Positions 61,801 through 64,000 of a stretch of 64,000 nt of DNA are shown one piece after another. Below the pieces are notes generated by a model. It was not told the origin of the DNA, did not search any database, and worked only from the letters and a program-made list of their open reading frames with translations. Each line of letters begins with the position of its first letter. Position 1 is the stretch's first letter. This DNA comes from Antedon mediterranea (Eukaryota > Animalia > Echinodermata): positions 13,020,001 through 13,084,000 of the forward strand of contig NC_092672.1 in NCBI RefSeq assembly GCF_964355755.1, in the 5' to 3' direction. A program made the translations under genes and the position numbers.

Positions 61801-62013
61801 AATAAGTGCCATCAGTCAAATAAATGCTTCAGAAAAAATATAATGCTGCAGTCAAATAAGTTGTGTTTAATATGTCATTCTGTTTTATTCAACCTTCCAA
61901 TGTTCTATTTTCTTTTAACTGTAGGAATTCCTGCATTTGTTGTTTTGGATGAGAATTGGAAAGTTGTAACCAGCAATGGCAGAGAACATGTCAAGAATGA
62001 CCCAGAGGGCAAG
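49856..62013 (+). CDS. NXN: Nucleoredoxin (tryparedoxin-like thioredoxin repeats), first five exons; continues beyond right edge. Exons: 49856-50155, 52953-53106, 56655-56752, 56900-57107, 61925-62013
   Basis: Two NXN-type domains: LYFSAHWCGPCRNFTPKL...IVFISSDRDE..F..YY..MPWLALPF...FKVRGIPTLV and LYFSAHW/CPPCKTFTP...MPWLTIPF...INGIPAFVVLD; junctions GT-AG, in phase; no stop reached. Confidence 0.92.
50180..52687. mobile_element. Non-autonomous TIR element with subterminal GGGCCCGATCGTC arrays (outer element; NXN intron 1)
   Basis: ACGATCGGGACCACGGACGATCGGG at left is the reverse complement of CCCGATCGTCCGTGGTCCCGATCGT at right; arrays at 50180-50330 and 52532-52680; the extreme left end looks eroded. 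Confidence 0.75.
50467..52387. mobile_element. Nested non-autonomous TIR element with AAATCGGTCGCG subterminal repeats and 8-bp TSD
   Basis: ATAATTTT|GG...ATGAAATTGGTCGCG...GATAAAATCAACTTCCGGTATTTTGTA and inverted TACAAAATACCGGAAGTTGATTTTATCGCGACCG...TTTCATCCGACACC|ATAATTTT. Confidence 0.8.
53781..54555. mobile_element. Tc1/mariner-pogo (Tigger-like) MITE with TA TSD
   Basis: TA|CAGTCGACTCCGCCTAAGTCGAAT ... ATTCGACTTAGGCGGAGTCGACTG|TA perfect TIRs; internal TAAGTCGA repeats. Confidence 0.9.
56227..56611. mobile_element. Old Tc1/pogo-type MITE, relative of 34079-34442
   Basis: TA|CCATATTTATTTATTCGAA ... GGCGTTTATTCGAATAAATACTG|TA; internal GGCGTTTATT repeats. Confidence 0.6.
57129..57280. 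mobile_element. PIF/Harbinger-type MITE (AGCTCTGTCTACAC family)
   Basis: AACTCTGTACTACAC ... TTTGATAGTGTAGACGGAGCT|TAA; interior matches 8801-8937. Confidence 0.65.
60590..60980 (+). repeat. Degenerate tandem duplication, unit about 170-190 bp
   Basis: Repeated TTTC(C/T)ATGGTAACAA ... AATTGTGTATTTATA ... AATTAACT.GTGA.AAAATGGGCAT.ATGTGATT.ATAATTAAA ... GTATTTTTGCGAT. Confidence 0.7.
61555..61860 (+). repeat. Minisatellite: ~17-bp CAGTCAAATA monomer forming a 35-bp higher-order unit
   Basis: GCTACAGTCAAATAAGTGCCATCTGTCAAATAGAT repeated about four times at 61681-61825, with degenerate flanking monomers. Confidence 0.85.
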
Positions 62014-62271
62014 GTATAAACAAAATTTAATTTAAAAAAAGAAACAAAAATTACAGCTTACACTTACTACTAGTACTCTATAGAAATTTCATTTCATTCA
62101 TACAATATTTCCAGGAATTAATTCTAAAAAAAGAAACTATGGCATATGTTGATCTCAAAATTGAGAAATCTTTGCAGAACAGGAAGGAAATTGTAGAATT
62201 TGATAATTGTTTATAATCACAATAGAACAAACTTGCAATCCCTAGAAAAGGCATGTTGACATGTATGATGT

Positions 62272-62326
62272 GTTTAACTCTATAACAATCACCTTTTAAT
62301 AAAAGGTGATTGTTATAGAGTTAAAC
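62272..62326. repeat. Perfect inverted repeat, 27-bp arms, 1-nt spacer
   Basis: GTTTAACTCTATAACAATCACCTTTTA-A-TAAAAGGTGATTGTTATAGAGTTAAAC. Confidence 0.9.
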
Positions 62327-64000
62327 GTAGGTGTATCATAAAAGGTTTATGAACAAATGGATTAATTATTATTGCTTGCCTACTTTTATTAGAATACTAT
62401 GAATGGTACATTGAACTATAATAATTTGAACTATCACCAAGTACAATATAAGGCAATACAAAAATAACCTACGCTCGCGCTAAGGTCAAATTTTCGTTCG
62501 CCAAAATGGCAAAAGGTTTTGAAAAACATTAGCCAAATTGAAAATCCTTTAGCCAAATTTAAAAAACCATAAAAATTCGCAAAAATGTTTATTAAATAAA
62601 TAATGCATGTATTTGTTTGTTATTTTAATTCTTTTACATTTATATTATTATTATTTATCCCAATGAAGCTGATTTTCGTTACCGCGATTTTAACACGTTC
62701 GTGAAATTTCAAAAAGTGACGTGTCTTTGAAGTTAAAAATATACTATTTCTTATGTACCCATGAGAATAAAAATTATATGCCTGGAAAGATCTTGTTTAA
62801 GGGATTATTTTTATATATTTTTAATCTATGTTTATTAAATATTTTAATAGAAAACACAAGTTAAAAATGAGGTACAAAAGCCGGCGAGCCGAAATCCGCG
62901 CGCTAAAAATAACTTTGGAAAACACCTACCCATTTTCGCACCCGATCGCACGAGGTCCATAATAGGTGGTGGAGTAATTTTTGTTGCATGTTATCAGGCT
63001 TTAAATACTCTTTATTTTGATATGTAAATCGGTTATTATTATTATGTACATCCGCCTCATATGTCAATTTTAACGATAACAATTTTTTAGCCTTTCTCAT
63101 TATCAAAATCTGGCTAATTTAGTAATGAATTAAAGCTACGGTAATTTATATTTCTGTTTGATAAACCACATCGTTTTATTTGACTTTGCGTGGACCTGGT
63201 GCGAAGAAGCCAACAAGACCAACCACTGAAAAAAATAATCCCTACCATAAATATCAGTGTTTACCATTTTCCTTACGGGGGATTCAGTTCTCCGCTTATT
63301 ACTAAATTACCGTCGCCTAGGTATTAGCGCGTTAATTAATGATTGGATAACCCCCGCACAATGGACTGTTCCATTTTCTGAACTAGTATTCGCCGCACAC
63401 GAGGCATGTCGAAAAATGTCGCCTCTCATCATGGAATACTTGCTTCGAAACGTCAATTTTACCGATTTATTAAATTATTTAATAAGTGGAATATTTATCA
63501 ATCTATTATATAAAACAAGTACGTTAGGAAGAAATGTACCACAGAAATTTAAGAAGCTTTGAATTTGCTATGCAGCGGCCGTAACCCATTCTATGTAGGC
63601 GGCCGAAACGCGCTTTGGCCAGGGTTGCCGTTGTAGTATACGTTGTTTCTTAGCTATTCAATTTAAAGCGCAACTTTCGGTTAGAATAATCGAAAGGGAA
63701 ATAAAATTAAACATGTTAACATTATACTATTGAGGTAATTACTTTGTTAAATTTAAAATTCCCCTTTTTAAATAACAGAACAGCCTCGTTTACGGAAGTA
63801 TTCGTCCACATGTTTCTGTTTACATTTTCTTCTCGAAGTTCATTTTCTACGTCGAAGAATAGGGACTTCCCCTTTTATTCGCTCATCATCACGTCGACGA
63901 CGACCGGCCACGAACCAATCACATTAACTGCGTGTCATTAAAACGTCATCGAGGCACGCTCTGCGCATGTTTAAACAGAACTAAAAAAATGAACACGGCG

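Noticed and set aside
62470-64000. Short ORFs (62903-63106, 63257-63562, 63744-63941) as further NXN exons
   Set aside because: No thioredoxin-like sequence follows DPEGK; the region looks like CpG-richer repeat-derived intron that cannot be classified here.

Overview
AT-rich, intron-rich animal genomic DNA, not prokaryotic. An invertebrate deuterostome such as an echinoderm is plausible from a Deu-domain-like SINE and an invertebrate-type DAT, but that is inference. Seven spliced genes were reconstructed by hand from GT-AG junctions and frame continuity. (1) The 5' part of a SERT-like SLC6 transporter on the minus strand, running off the left edge. (2) A complete 13-exon invertebrate-type dopamine transporter on the plus strand, head-to-head with (1). 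(3) C1QBP/p32 on the minus strand and (4) TMEM120 on the plus strand, sharing a ~0.5 kb divergent promoter. (5) An orphan acidic, low-complexity gene with a C-terminal Cys string, interrupted by one in-frame TAA. (6) A histamine N-methyltransferase-like gene with a frameshift in exon 1. (7) The 5' part of nucleoredoxin, running off the right edge. Introns and intergenic DNA hold many non-autonomous elements: three Helentron/DINE-1-like (HINE) families, two associated with tRNA-derived sequence; a tRNA/Deu-type SINE; self-nested PIF/Harbinger MITEs plus a Harbinger transposase relic; pogo-, Kolobok- and AAT-target MITEs; and a nested TIR pair. There are also two perfect palindromes and two tiny palindromic insertions with exact 7-bp target duplications. 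No CRISPR array, rRNA or intact tRNA was seen. No clear-cut new biological system is demonstrated; the best leads are ranked in findings. Coordinates were counted manually and may be off by a few bases.
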